Below the pieces are notes generated by a model that was not told the origin of the DNA, made no database searches, and was given only the letters and a program-made list of their open reading frames with translations. The position numbers and the translations under genes are program-made. A DNA stretch of 62,541 bases, filler included, from Basidioascus undulatus (taxonomy: Eukaryota): NCBI GenBank assembly GCA_000826855.1. It is 4 parts of 4 records of this genome, joined end to end, with 100 filler letters (N's around TTAATTAATTAA, not from the genome) between each part and the next. Parts side by side here need not be neighbours in the genome. Positions count along the whole stretch, not along the records: positions 1 to 30,535 come from JTLS01000111.1; 3 more parts are not named here. One strand, given 5' to 3'. Position 1 is the stretch's first letter. Each line of letters starts with the position of its first letter. Of this stretch, positions 1 through 11,407 are shown piece after piece.

Positions 1-366
1 GGCAACGAGGTGCCACTGCAGTGGGCCCTCGCCCGGCACGGGGCGCCCGGGCGCGCGCTCGGGACGCCCACGGGCCCGGGCGTGGGATGGGTCGTGCCGC
101 GGGAGGAGCGCTGGAAGAGGGTGGAGGAGAGCGTGCCGTACCTTTTTGGGCCGCTCCCGCCCGACTGGAGAGAGAGGGAGCGTGCGCGGACGCCCGCGTT
201 TGCGACGTTTGGCCAAAACGCGCTGAGGAGGCAGATCGGCGTTCGGAGGGGGCGGAGGGAGGGAGGGAAGGGAGGAGTGGGATGGGGGAGTGTGGGAGGG
301 GTGATCGATTTGACGGGCGAGGAGGAGGAGGGGGAGACGGACCAGGCTGGGCCGGGCGGCTCGTGA
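1..366 (+). CDS. 3' end of a hypothetical protein with a C-terminal SUMO-interacting-like motif (partial)
   Basis: Frame open from base 1 to TGA at 364-366; ends ...GGVIDLTGEEEEGETDQAGPGGS. VIDLT plus an acidic run matches the SIM consensus. Confidence 0.5.
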   Translation, partial: GNEVPLQWALARHGAPGRALGTPTGPGVGWVVPREERWKRVEESVPYLFGPLPPDWRERERARTPAFATFGQNALRRQIGVRRGRREGGKGGVGWGSVGGVIDLTGEEEEGETDQAGPGGS

Positions 367-845
367 TTCGGCATTCGTGATTCGGGGTTAATTGTGTACG
401 CATCGTTATGTATCGTGCCCGCTCTGTGGTTGGGCGAAGTGGATATTGTGTATCTCACGAGAGGTGCGGTAGGGGCAGAGTGTGTTTGGCAGAAGAGTGT
501 GAGAGGTCGACATGGACGCTTGCAAGGGGCCGCACCAAGGGCTGCTGCGCCTCCTGCAAGCGGGACGTTTGACAAAGGAGAGTTTCAAAGTGCACATGCC
601 GTCAAAGAGATGAGATCTTCCATCGCAGATGCAAATAGCCAGCCTCCGCGCTTCACCCTTGAGAATCAGGAAACACATAAAGCGGGCAACCGAAGCCGAA
701 CAGCGCAGACGCACGCGCTCGCCTCACAGCGTCCATGAGATCTCGCAAGACAAGCATATCGATATCTTCCCTTGTTCAGCTCCAACGACTCGTCCCACTG
801 CCGCCCTGCTGTTACAGCCCCAGTGCAACTTCCGGCATTTCGCGC

Positions 846-2519
846 TCAGTACTCGTGGTCCCGGAACTGGCCCTGCTGGCGCCCACCGCCGCGCTGGTTC
901 TCGAGCGAGTTGGAGTCCCCGTACGCGTTCACGCCGTAGCCGCCAGATGCTGTATAAGAATTGTTTGGGCGTTAGGAGGCATACTGTAGGGCGGAGAGCG
1001 GGGGGAAGGGGGACGCACAAGTCGCTGTATGTGGTTTCGGTCGAGTGGGGCGAGTGTTGTCAGTAAGAACTACACCGGGGGATGGGGTTGATTCAGAAAA
1101 TAACGAAGACGAACAGTCATACCGCCTCTCAGCAGCTGCGCAGTCAAGCCAGAATGAGTTTCCAGTGAAGCGCAGCGGGGGGAGTTCGACACGCCCACTC
1201 ACAGCCCTACCGGTCCGCCGAACCCTCGTACTCCCGCTCTGGCCGGCCGTGGTGCTTCTGGTGCTCTCCACGATCCTCGGCGATTCTGTCCCCGACCCCA
1301 TAGTCTCCGCACTCCCGGTGGTAGCCATCGTTCCTGCGCTCCTGCCGCTGGCCCCCATACTCTTCCCGCCCGAAGCCGGCCGAGCCTTCGCTACTGAAGC
1401 GCTCGCGCTCGTAGTGCGACGGGCCTGAAGGGTATTTAGTGGGAAGGCGGAAGCCATAGAGCGTAAGGAAACGAGGGTTCCAGAATTTGGAAAGGAACGG
1501 GCAATGGGGAACGCACGGGAGTACTCCTCCGAGCGACCCTCGAAGCGGTTCTCCGAGCGGCGCGGTCCTCTGAGCTGCCGGACGAACCGTACACCTCGCG
1601 GCCACCACCGCTAGGCGCGTCGAACTGGTTGCGGCGGCTGTTTGAATCGCTGTACTCGTTTCGTCCGTAGCCGCCAGATGCTACAGGTGACGAGTTGTCA
1701 GATCGCTACGGCAGTAGGGGGAGAGACACCTGAGCGGGACGAACAGGTAGCTGTGGCACGAATGGAGGAAGAGAAGAGAGCGCGAGGGGTTGGTACAGTC
1801 AGCATCTGGGATGGACGGATGCGAGAGCTGATTCTCGCACCGCCGCCGGCGATGCGATCGCTCGCTCCGTAATCACCGCCCTGGCGGGGCCCCGTATTCC
1901 TCTTCGCCATACCCTCCCGTGCGGCCCTCGCTCGCCGACCCGTACTCGCCCGGGCGCTGCGAGTGCGAGGGGCCGGTCTGGTCCCCTTGCTCGTTCGACA
2001 AGTATCCGGACGAGGACGAAGTGGGGGCACCTTGGAAGCCGTAGGAGTCGGAAGCGCCGGGGCCTTGGAGTATGATTGTCAGAGAAAGCTCTTGAGACAA
2101 AGAGGCGATGTGTCGTCCGTGTCGTAGCGGGTGGAGCTGGAGTCGCCAGGGCCCGAGGAGCCATGCCTGCCCTGCTGGCCGATGCCCTGCGTGTTCTGCC
2201 CTCCTGACCCGCCCGCGCCAGAGGACGACTCGGAATGGCCCTGTCCCTGGCCCAATTTGGCGCCGATACCGAAGTCCGTGCCGAACCGCTCCTCTGCACA
2301 GAGGGAGCATCCCGATAAGATGTCGGGCCCTCGGGACATCGCGGCATTATTAGGGGTGGATGCACGCACTGAGCTTCTCAGCGGCATTGTCTTCAAGCTG
2401 CTGCCCCTGTTCGGTCTTGAGGAAAGCCTCTGCGTCTTCGAGGAGACCCACTGTGCGACCGGGGAGCCGGGGTGAGCTGGGCTGCAGGATCGGAGCTGGC
2501 GCAATGAGAAAGACGGACT
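846..2519 (-). pseudogene. Gly/Ser/Arg/Tyr-rich hydrophilic repeat protein, apparently frameshifted
   Basis: Spliced reading M(A|TG)GLLEDAEAFLKTEQGQQLEDNAAEKLKERFGTDFGIGAKLG... ending ...QFRDHEY*. Duplicated exon blocks (ASGGYG.N.Y.DSNS and EEYG...GDYG..DRIA). Frame switches near 1890 and 1562. Confidence 0.6.
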
Positions 2520-3439
2520 AATGCTGGAATCGGGTATGGCTAGTAAGAGTTAAGGATGTAGTGGTGGTAAAGGGACGATATAAGGTTGTAAGATGCGAGT
2601 GCTTGGTGGGGAAGGTGTAGTTGGGAATGGGGAATGGGGAAGACAGATGACGTCATCTGAGAATCGACGAGTAACAGCCGTTCGTAAGGCTCAGTGGCAA
2701 ACAAATGTCAACATGCTTGTCTATGCCTCTAGATTTAGTCGCCAGGTCAACATTTCAGCCCGAGTTCTTGTGAAGAATGCTCCATCATGTTCATACGAAT
2801 GAAAACGTCCCCTCCCTTGCGGCTTTCTTGACGGTCGACCTCGACCCGCCGCGCAAGCCCAACCCCAAGCGCTGCGTCGCCTACGCGCACTGCCTCGACC
2901 TGATGGTCAGAGACTCCGTTTCCAAGTGAAACTTACAAAAATACATCCAAACTGTTTGTAGGTACTGGAAACTATACGTGAAAACTTGAATGTCACCGGG
3001 TCTGTGAACGTGGTCTGTCATGTCGTTCCGCCTCGACCTGCGAGCAGCTGTGCTCCTACCAGCTCTGCCAGACGGTGGAAAGAAATGCCACACAAGGAAT
3101 TCTCAATAGATCTAAGATTAATTCTTGTATCATATCGCACAAAGGCCGAGGCCGGGGAACAATCAAGAGGAGCAGCAAGTGAGCGAGTCCAGCCGATGTC
3201 GATGCACGAAGCCAGTGTCGGTGCGGAGCTGAGCACTTGTCTCGATCCATTGGCCGTGAGTTGCCAGCACCTTACTGAGTGTCCCTATCTTCCTCCATGC
3301 GGCCACTATCGCAGAATCTTCGACCTTAGGAAGTTGGAGGACCTCAAAGAGTAGCCATCGCAGGCGAGGACGAGCCTGCACAGCTCGCCTGGAGTGAGCC
3401 CTGGGGGGAGCAACCTGTGGAGTAGCTCAGCCAACCCGG

Positions 3440-4367
3440 TTGATCGCTCACCACCGCCAGCGTCGACCATGGAGAGCACACCGAGACCTCGTCCGCAGAG
3501 GACACAAGGACCGGCTCCCTCAGCGTCGGCCCGCTCCCTACCACGTCAGCATCAAGGACAGTTACGTGTACATAAGGACAGCCGAGGTGATGATAAAGAG
3601 GAGCATGCCGCGACCTGATTCTGCTCCGGAGGGTACACCGGAGGCCTGGTGACCCCTGTTCCATGGTGACTGCCTCTTCAACGAAATGAGAGTCCTCAGT
3701 CTCCTCCGCGGCAGGGACGTGGTGCCGATCCCCGAAGTGCTGGGTATATACAACAACCGCGGGTGCACGACGCTCGTTACCGAGATGGTGTATGGGATGC
3801 GAATGTCCCAGGCTCCTGTATGGGCAGTCTCTATGATGGCAGAGTCACTGAGGCAGTGCCAGAGGCAGATGCGGTCCGTGAGGTCTAATGTCATGGGGAG
3901 CCTCCAGCCTGCCCGGTGCCTCATCCCTTGGCTCGACTACTCTGGCGACGCCCCGCACATCCCGGGGCCCTTCAAGCAGTCGGAGAGGAGCGAGTTCGTG
4001 CTCTGCCACTGCAACATCTCCGAGGAGAGCGTGTTGGTCGATCCCCCGCACTTTCAGGGTGAAGGCCATCGTGGATTGGCAGTACGCCGGCTTTTACCCC
4101 AAGGTCTTCGAGTGCAACCCCATCACCGAATACCACAAGCCCCCTGGTACCAGAATCAGCCACGAGCAGCATGTGGGGTACATGAAGGGGGTTGTCGAGG
4201 CGTGGCAGCGTGGGCCACTTCGGAAGGACGCTGGATATCCTGCTAGGCATGATACATACCGACTCCACGCGTGCCCTGCCAGCGGCCGATGCTATGGTAG
4301 GCACGTTGATAATAGGGGGACACTGACTCGCCACCAGGCCATCCTCTCCGTCAAGTGCGACGCGTAG
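3440..4367 (+). pseudogene. APH/phosphotransferase (kinase-like) pseudogene
   Basis: NEMRVL..PIPEVL, FVLCHCNISEESVLVDP and KAIVDWQYAGFYP motifs. In-frame TGA at 3650-3652, extra C in the run at 4043-4047, and the catalytic HxD reads HCN. Confidence 0.75.
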
Positions 4368-5242
4368 CCTCGTGTTGCATACGCAGATGCTCGGGAGTAT
4401 TACCTCCACAGGGATTGCGAAGCTCTCGACGAGGGAGGAATAGCGGAACCCTGCGATCGAGTCGCTCGAGGTCCGCTTCGCCCAGGGCGCGTTCGAGGAG
4501 CTCCAGGACGTGAACCTCCGCCATTGCTCGAGCACGAGCCACCAAACACCAGGCGCCGGTCTGCCTCGTACCGTTCCACCATCAAAAGGGTGCCACTTGA
4601 GCGGCTTGGAGTTGCTTAAAAGGATTTTGGATACTCGGTTGCATGCCGGGCCCATACATTGAAACGAGAATTCATTGAGTGTCATGCGAGGTGCTGCGAC
4701 GGTAGAACGCTCTCTTCCGGTAGGTGGGTTGATCCGCCCCAACGCCCTGAACTCCCCTCATTGTATACATTCTCACGAGGCAGATTGAGGATCATTCAAC
4801 CTGCAACAAACAGAAGGCTTCTGGAAGACCGCCCAAGCCGTTGTGTTCGAAAGGCCTGCTAGTTCCTGTAAGAGGACTTTGAGAGATCAGCAGACTGTTT
4901 CCCTTGTTTCGTTCGCCTGCTTGCCATTCCATCTACCCACGGTTTCCATAACGCCCGTCGCACACATGGGTCACGTCCTCAATATTTTTATGAAGTACAA
5001 TGCAACAAGCAACACGGGTGATAAGTCAAGTACAACAATGAACAAAACAACGAAAAATCAAGCTAAGCGGCCTGCGCAAAACGCGAAAACGACTGATAAC
5101 CCAGGAAAACGCGAAAGACTCTCAAGCCCAAGAAAGCGTAAGGTAGCGATGCGATGCGAAACTCGAGAGTGTAGGCGAATTGGGGGGTGACGGAAAGGAG
5201 GGCTGGAGAGAGGGAGGGTAGGAAGGAAGTCGGCGTGGACAT

Positions 5243-5995
5243 TTACCGACGCCGCGACGGCGCACTTGTCGACCCACAAGAGCAGGACGCCGTGGCCGCG
5301 CCCGTCGCAGTCGTCGTGCGGCTCTTCGAGCGCGAATCGCTGCTCATGCCCTCCTCCTTCACCTTCTCCCTGCCCCTCTGCCTCCTCCCTTCCCACTCGC
5401 TATACCTCGCCCTTTCCTCCACCCTCCTCCCCTCCCTCTAGCGCGCCTTATCCCTCTCCGCCCTCAACCGCACCACCTGCGCGTCCGCCATCTTCAGATC
5501 CTTCCTCAAGCTCTCCACCTCGTGCTGGAGCGCGTCCGCGCGCGCCACGTGTGTCCCAGGCTCCGGCGCGCGTCATCTCGCTCGCTGCGCGACGTGGACG
5601 CGTCCGAATGCGTGGCGCGCAGCTGGGACTTGAGGGAGGCGAGCGTTAGGTGCAGGGAGTTGAGGGAGGCGGTTAGGGAGGCGCTGTGGGACTGCTCTGA
5701 CGCGAGCGCGGCGCGCGCGGTGGAGAGGTCGGAGAGGAGGGAGGTGTGCTCGGCCTTTAGCGTGGAGACGGTCGTTTTGAGGGTGGACCACTCGCACTTC
5801 GCCTCGTCCCGCTCGCGCCTCGCCTCATTCCGCTCAGTTCGGAGCTCGTCCGCGGTGCGCGTGAGGGTGCGCATCTCCGCCTCGAGCGTCTCGAACTTCG
5901 CGGCCTTCGCGTCCCGCTCTGTCGTCGCCCGCTGCGAGGCAAGGCGGACCTCGTCCCGCTCTGCGGCAGCGCGCTCCGAGGCGACGCGGAACTGA
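5243..5995 (-). pseudogene. Disrupted coiled-coil coding segment directly downstream of the JmjC exons
   Basis: Heptad-like E/R/A/L-rich reading (ERDEVRLASQR...LRTERNEARRERDEAK; ADALQHEVESLRKDLK). Frame change near 5545 and TAG at 5438-5440 followed by more coding-like sequence. Confidence 0.55.
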
Positions 5996-8248
5996 CGAGC
6001 CTACGGTCCGCCTCGCTGATGTCCGGCTTGAGCTTGTACGCCTTGGACGTCTCGTGCGCTTCGCCGATCCTGCGCTGGGCGTGCTTTGCACGTTCAATAC
6101 GGCGGACGCGCTCGACTAGGTACTGCGCGAGCTTGTACAGCCCGCGTAACAGGCGGTCCTCCAACGGCGCGTTGTCCTTCTTGAGGCCCTCGTTGTAGTA
6201 CCACGCCACGTACCTGTCGAGAGAGCTTCAGTTGTCAATCGTGAAACAACGCAGAAGACGGCGCACCACAATAAACGCTGGAATTGAGGGAATTTGAATT
6301 TCGATGGCACATGCGTGCGGTACTCTGTTGTCCGCTTCCTTGACGTGAGCAAGTGAGGAGAGGAGGGTGAATTGGAAGGACGGCTGACCTATACCAACAA
6401 GCTCAAGTTGCGTCGGAATGCCGAACGAGTGCAGAAAGTTGCCGCCGAATACGAGCGACTCCGTCGGGGTGTGCTAAGTGAATCCGACCGTAATCAGCAG
6501 GCCAGTACCTGGACATCAAGAGTGAAACGCAACACATACGACAGCGTGCATCCATCCAGAAGCTAGAGTCACGATAATGCAAGTCAGCCTCTCTTCGACA
6601 GCAACACCATCCCCGAATGCAATGCAGACGTACGAATGAGCAGCGTGTTACCCGCCTGCAGCTCGACCTTGTAGACCTCGTCGACCATGTCCCCAAACCA
6701 AACGGTCGTCTGATTCTCCATGTTGTTCCACTTCTCGTACGCTGCGAGGTTGGCCGTGGTCGGACGGGCGAGGTAAAAGACCTTGAGGCCTTGCCACGCC
6801 GGGGGCAAGCGTGTCAGTTTTCCAAGTCCTCGACTGGATAGGACCGTGAGCCAATAGCGGACCTCGCAGGACGTGGTAGTAGACAGAGGAAGCCGCAAAA
6901 TCGATATGCCACTGTGAAAGCAACGTGCGAAGCGGCGTCAGCTGGAGAACGAGCGCAAGATGAGCGCAAGATATACGCACGTCGGTGAACGATCCGGCTG
7001 TGGACATCAGGCAGTAGAGCTGGACCTTCGGCGCCTTGTCCCGCTTGTTCTCCGGCCACGCCAGGTTGACCCAATCCAGTTCTCTAGCACGTCGACACTC
7101 CGTCAGCCCATCTCGCTCAGAAGCACGCCGTCTCTGACAGACGAACCGGACGAGCTTCGGAGGAACGATCTGCTCGGCCAACTTCGTCCCGGAGACCTCG
7201 AGGCTCTACCCCCGCATAGAAGAGCCGTCAGTTCATGTCGACTACACTCAACAATCGATGCAGGGAAAGCATACGATCACGTTCAGTGTCCGATCCGACT
7301 CGGGCGCGCCCTCGCGGCGGGCATAGTGGTCGGCCCATTCTTGCATGGTCCAGCCGCGCTTGCTGAGCTCTTGAGGTCTGGAGCAAGGGGGAAACAGCTC
7401 AGCCTCGTGCGCGCGGATTGTAAGTGGTCAAACGCGGACGTACACGCAGTCGATGACCTCCACCGGACGATACGGTCCGACGAGCCTGGCGACGTCGTCG
7501 ACGGTGATATCCGTACTCGGCATAGTCATCTGTCCACCCCACCATGCCGCCCCCGTGTCAGCTCCAGGCCATATCGCTCTCCTTAAAGCAAATCACTCAA
7601 CCTCCAGCCCCGCGGGCTCGTCCACGATGATAGGCTGGGTCAGGGCCGTCGGGTCCCGCCGCACCCAGTCCATGTTGACGTCCTCGCCCTTCATGTGCGG
7701 GAACGTGTTCGGCGCGAGCTCGAGGTCTGGGAGACGCTCGACATGCCGCGGCGTCATGCAGAGCGGCGAGACGGCCATGACGGTGTCGCCGTCGTTCAGG
7801 GCGGCGTAGTCAATCGCGCGCTTAGATCGACTTGACTTGCGGGGCACGGAGGGAGGAGGCTTGTGCGTGATGACCAGTGCAGGATTTCTTAAGGTCATAT
7901 TGGGCGTCAAGCTGGACGTTCGGATACTGTTTGAAGCGACGGAGACGAGCGTCGGTCACTCACGCAGCAATGCAAGTCGGGCAATACCACTTGTCCAGCA
8001 CAGCCGGGTCCTCCACTCCAACGCAGTAGCAATGGTGCCATTTCTATTCCGCACAGCTCCCCCTTCAGCGCAGCTCACGGACAAGGTTGAACAACCGTGC
8101 GTACCTCGCAAGGCCCCTCACACCCGATCCACCCCTTCGCGTCGCGCTCCTCCGCCTCCATCTCCGCCGCTTTGCGCTTGTATCCCGACGTCGGCGGCGT
8201 GTACACTTTGCACGCCGGACACGAGATCTCGTCCCCAGAGTTAGTCAT
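5757..8248 (-). CDS. JHD1: PHD-finger + JmjC histone demethylase (JHD1/KDM2-like)
   Basis: Exons splice to CPAC..WIGCEGPCEKWHHCYCV..WYCPTC (PHD), [47 protein letters not shown] and [24 protein letters not shown]. Fe-binding H-x-D...H intact. 3' end uncertain. Confidence 0.85.
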
Positions 8249-9447
8249 GACGATGATGCTGCTCTTCTGCGAAGGGGACAGCCGACAAGGGACAGGGAAA
8301 GTCAGTGCACCGCCTCTGCTTGCGCCTGTGAGTCAGAGCTTCATTGCACATTGCTTCGAAATACGGCCACGGGATGTCAGAAGGTTATATTCGTGTGACT
8401 TCCTGAATGCGAGAGCGTCGACATCGTGGCTGATGACCAACGGGTTCCGCCTCCGCAATCCTCCTACAGCCCGATCTCGCACTAGCTCCAGCCGGCCAAA
8501 CACCCTCCGTTCCAAGTACCATGAACTCACTCAATATCGCAAAAGATGCAGCTGGGCGATGTATGCGTTGTGGGGGCGGCAGACCACAGCTGCGGAAGCT
8601 ATCGGTCTGCAGGCCAAGACGGTGCACGCGAGGCCGTCGCTTTTCATCAGCCCTACTGTTCTCAGGCGCACAATCCCCCGTTGTATTCACCTCTGATAAG
8701 CCGCTATGCAGCAATCCTCGGGCGTAGATGAGCGAAAGCGGATTCTGAATGTGGCGTCTAGACAAGCAGCGGTCGCCTGCGCAAGTTCGGGCAACATCGG
8801 CTGAGTCAGAGCGATAACGTTAACCTGTTTCTGGCGGAAAGCTTGCCGCTATGAGAGCCAGTGAAATCGCGGCGCATTGCACTGAATATCGGCTATAGTA
8901 CGATTGGTTTTGCACATGGGGATTGAGAAACTCTGTACGTCCTCGCAAAAAGGGGGAAAAGGTCCGAAAGTCCGAGACTCGGCGTTGTAGAGCTGCGCAA
9001 CAGATGCAAGCGAGGGCAGCTGGTACGAAAAGCAACAAATGGGCACAAACCTGTTTTGAGAAACTTTCCTACATGTCGCGATGGGTGTCGCGATCGTGGT
9101 CGGCGACGTCTTTCACAGAGGCGAAGCAGTGCACTACTCACGCAGCGCCTGAATGAAGCTCGGCACCAGCTAGCACAACCTGAGGTTGACCAATGATGTT
9201 TCACAATAGTTAAGTGTATGAAGAATGGTATAATCAAGTGGCACGAGAGCATTAAGGCATCCGTGCCATGGGGGACAAGTATTGAACCCTCGGAGAGTGG
9301 GAGTGCAGGGCCGGAAACAGGAGGATTTGAATAGTACAACAGGTGGGTAGGTATTAAGGGCGTGGTTGTAATTAAATAATCAAGTGTTAATACAAAAAGC
9401 GAGATCCAGGGATAGGGAGGGGAAACCGGTCGGTGCTGCAAAAGTAA

Positions 9448-10552
9448 TTACGCCGCGGTGAGGCTGACGAGGAGCTGAACCGCCGTCTCGGTGAGGACGA
9501 GGTCGTTGCCGAAACTGTGGGGTGAGTTGGGGAAGTAAGAATTGATGCTTCCAGAAACGATAATAGTCAACAGCGGAACCCGAATGTGGCAAGACGTACG
9601 CATTGCGGCAGACGCCGTCAGGACCTTGGGTGAAGACGCCGTTGAGGATGTTGACAAGGACAAGGACGTCGAGCTTAATTCCGGTGCTGCAATGCAATGC
9701 AAATGTTAGAAAATGCTCCGAAACTCAAGGGATAGCGGGTGGAACTCCGGAACTTACACCCTGGCGAGCACGACGTCGATGCTCACGATGAGGCCAGAGC
9801 TGGGCGGGGTTCAGCTTGGAAGGTCTTGCTAGCTAGAGAAAAACTGGGGGGGCTTACATCTCATACGACAGAGCCCGTCCGAGAGGTAGGTGTAACGCCC
9901 GTTGATGAGCCTAGCGAAGATCTCGGCGCGGAGGATGTTGCCGGCACTGCAAGCGGCCAAAGAGCGTCAGCTTTGCCAGCGTCGGGACTCGACCGAGAAA
10001 TATTGGGGAGTACCCGTTAACAAACTCCCCATAGTCATTCTGGGAAGTACTGCAAGTTGATGAGGGCGGCGAAGAGCTCGAAGTCGAAAGGCGCGCCGGA
10101 TCTGTTGCGGTGAAAAGGCGTGAGCGAGCGTGCAGGGATGAGAGGCCCGGGTAAGGACTCACGCGATGCTGCGCCAAGTTCCCTTGGAGCAGGAGGAAGT
10201 ATCCGGAGAGGAGGTAGACGAGACCTTCGAAGTCGAGGGCGTTGCTGTTCCTGATCGAGGCAAAGAGAGTCAGTCACGTCGGAAGGAGAGTGGGTGAGCG
10301 AGAAACGCACGAGTCGCTATAGCAGCCGCAGCCCTCAGTAGTCTCGGTGAAGTACCCTTGAAGGAGGGTGAGGGTCGCTTGGATGTCGAGGATGGACAGG
10401 CCGCTGTCCTTGGTGGGGGTGAAGATGGCACGGCGCCCGCGTCGTATACGTTGGTCAGGTCGACAGGGAGGTCCTGCGAAGTCGGGGGCGGGCGCGGCGT
10501 GCGAGGCGGCGGCGAGGGCGGCGACGGTGAGCAGGGTGAGGGTGGAACGCAT
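9448..10552 (-). pseudogene. Secreted protein with about 5 exon-encoded internal repeats, probably frameshifted
   Basis: Signal peptide MRSTLTLLTVAALAAASHA-AP. Repeats resemble LD(F/I/V)xxLxxL(L/I)xG(Y/V)F. Final exon ...TAVQLLVSLTAA*. Phase conflicts near 10180 and 10040. Confidence 0.6.
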
Positions 10553-11407
10553 TGTCAAAAGACTGCAAGGGAAGGGTAGAGGGTGAGTGTGGGTGAAGAC
10601 GAAGTTTGAAGCTTGATGTGGGGAAAGCAGCGGAGAGGGACCGCATTTTATGCTTTTCTACAGCGTATTGTCTGTTGTGAAGAGGAAAGGTAGACCGGAC
10701 TGGGAACACAGATGTATACGCCTCATCGGTCGGGAGCGCGGTTCGATCCGTAAAGACCGTCCTGATCGAGGCACGAGGCGTTAGAGCGCTGGGCATGGGT
10801 CGGTTTGGCAACGAGTGGGACGGATAACATGCAGCGAGCCCAAGAGGGAAACAATCACTTCCCTCCGATTTTCTGGGAGACTGGTCCATCAAATTTGAAC
10901 ATTTGATGCCAACCAAGCGTCCACCAACAATTTCAGACTACTGGAAGGTGCGTCTCCAATGAAATATGGTCGGACAACACGTGGAGCAAGCTGGCAGTCG
11001 AGACGCTGTGATCCTTAGCGACCTCGCACTTCCGCCAGTGATCAAGCCACGGGCCCACATTCATTGAGTCTATCACGTCTTTTTTCCATTCCTCCGCCAA
11101 GCCGTAGGGTGGGTATATGGAAGCATGCCTCGTACCGAGCCGATGTTGCCGGACCTCTCAACCTTGTCCGGGAACACGCCACCGACTCTACTCTCGCTTG
11201 CCAAAATGTCCTCGTCTTTGAAGGCAGCCCAATGTTTGACAGCACGCGATGTTCATCACAGCATTGCGTTACAGACAATGGGTAATGATTATGATGCTTA
11301 GTCATGATGCTCGTGCTTTGGTCATGCAAGTGAAAGATGATAATTATACAACTGTGCGCGTCTGCGAAAGAAAGCGTCCGAAAGAAAGTCTCTAAATCAT
11401 CCCAAGT

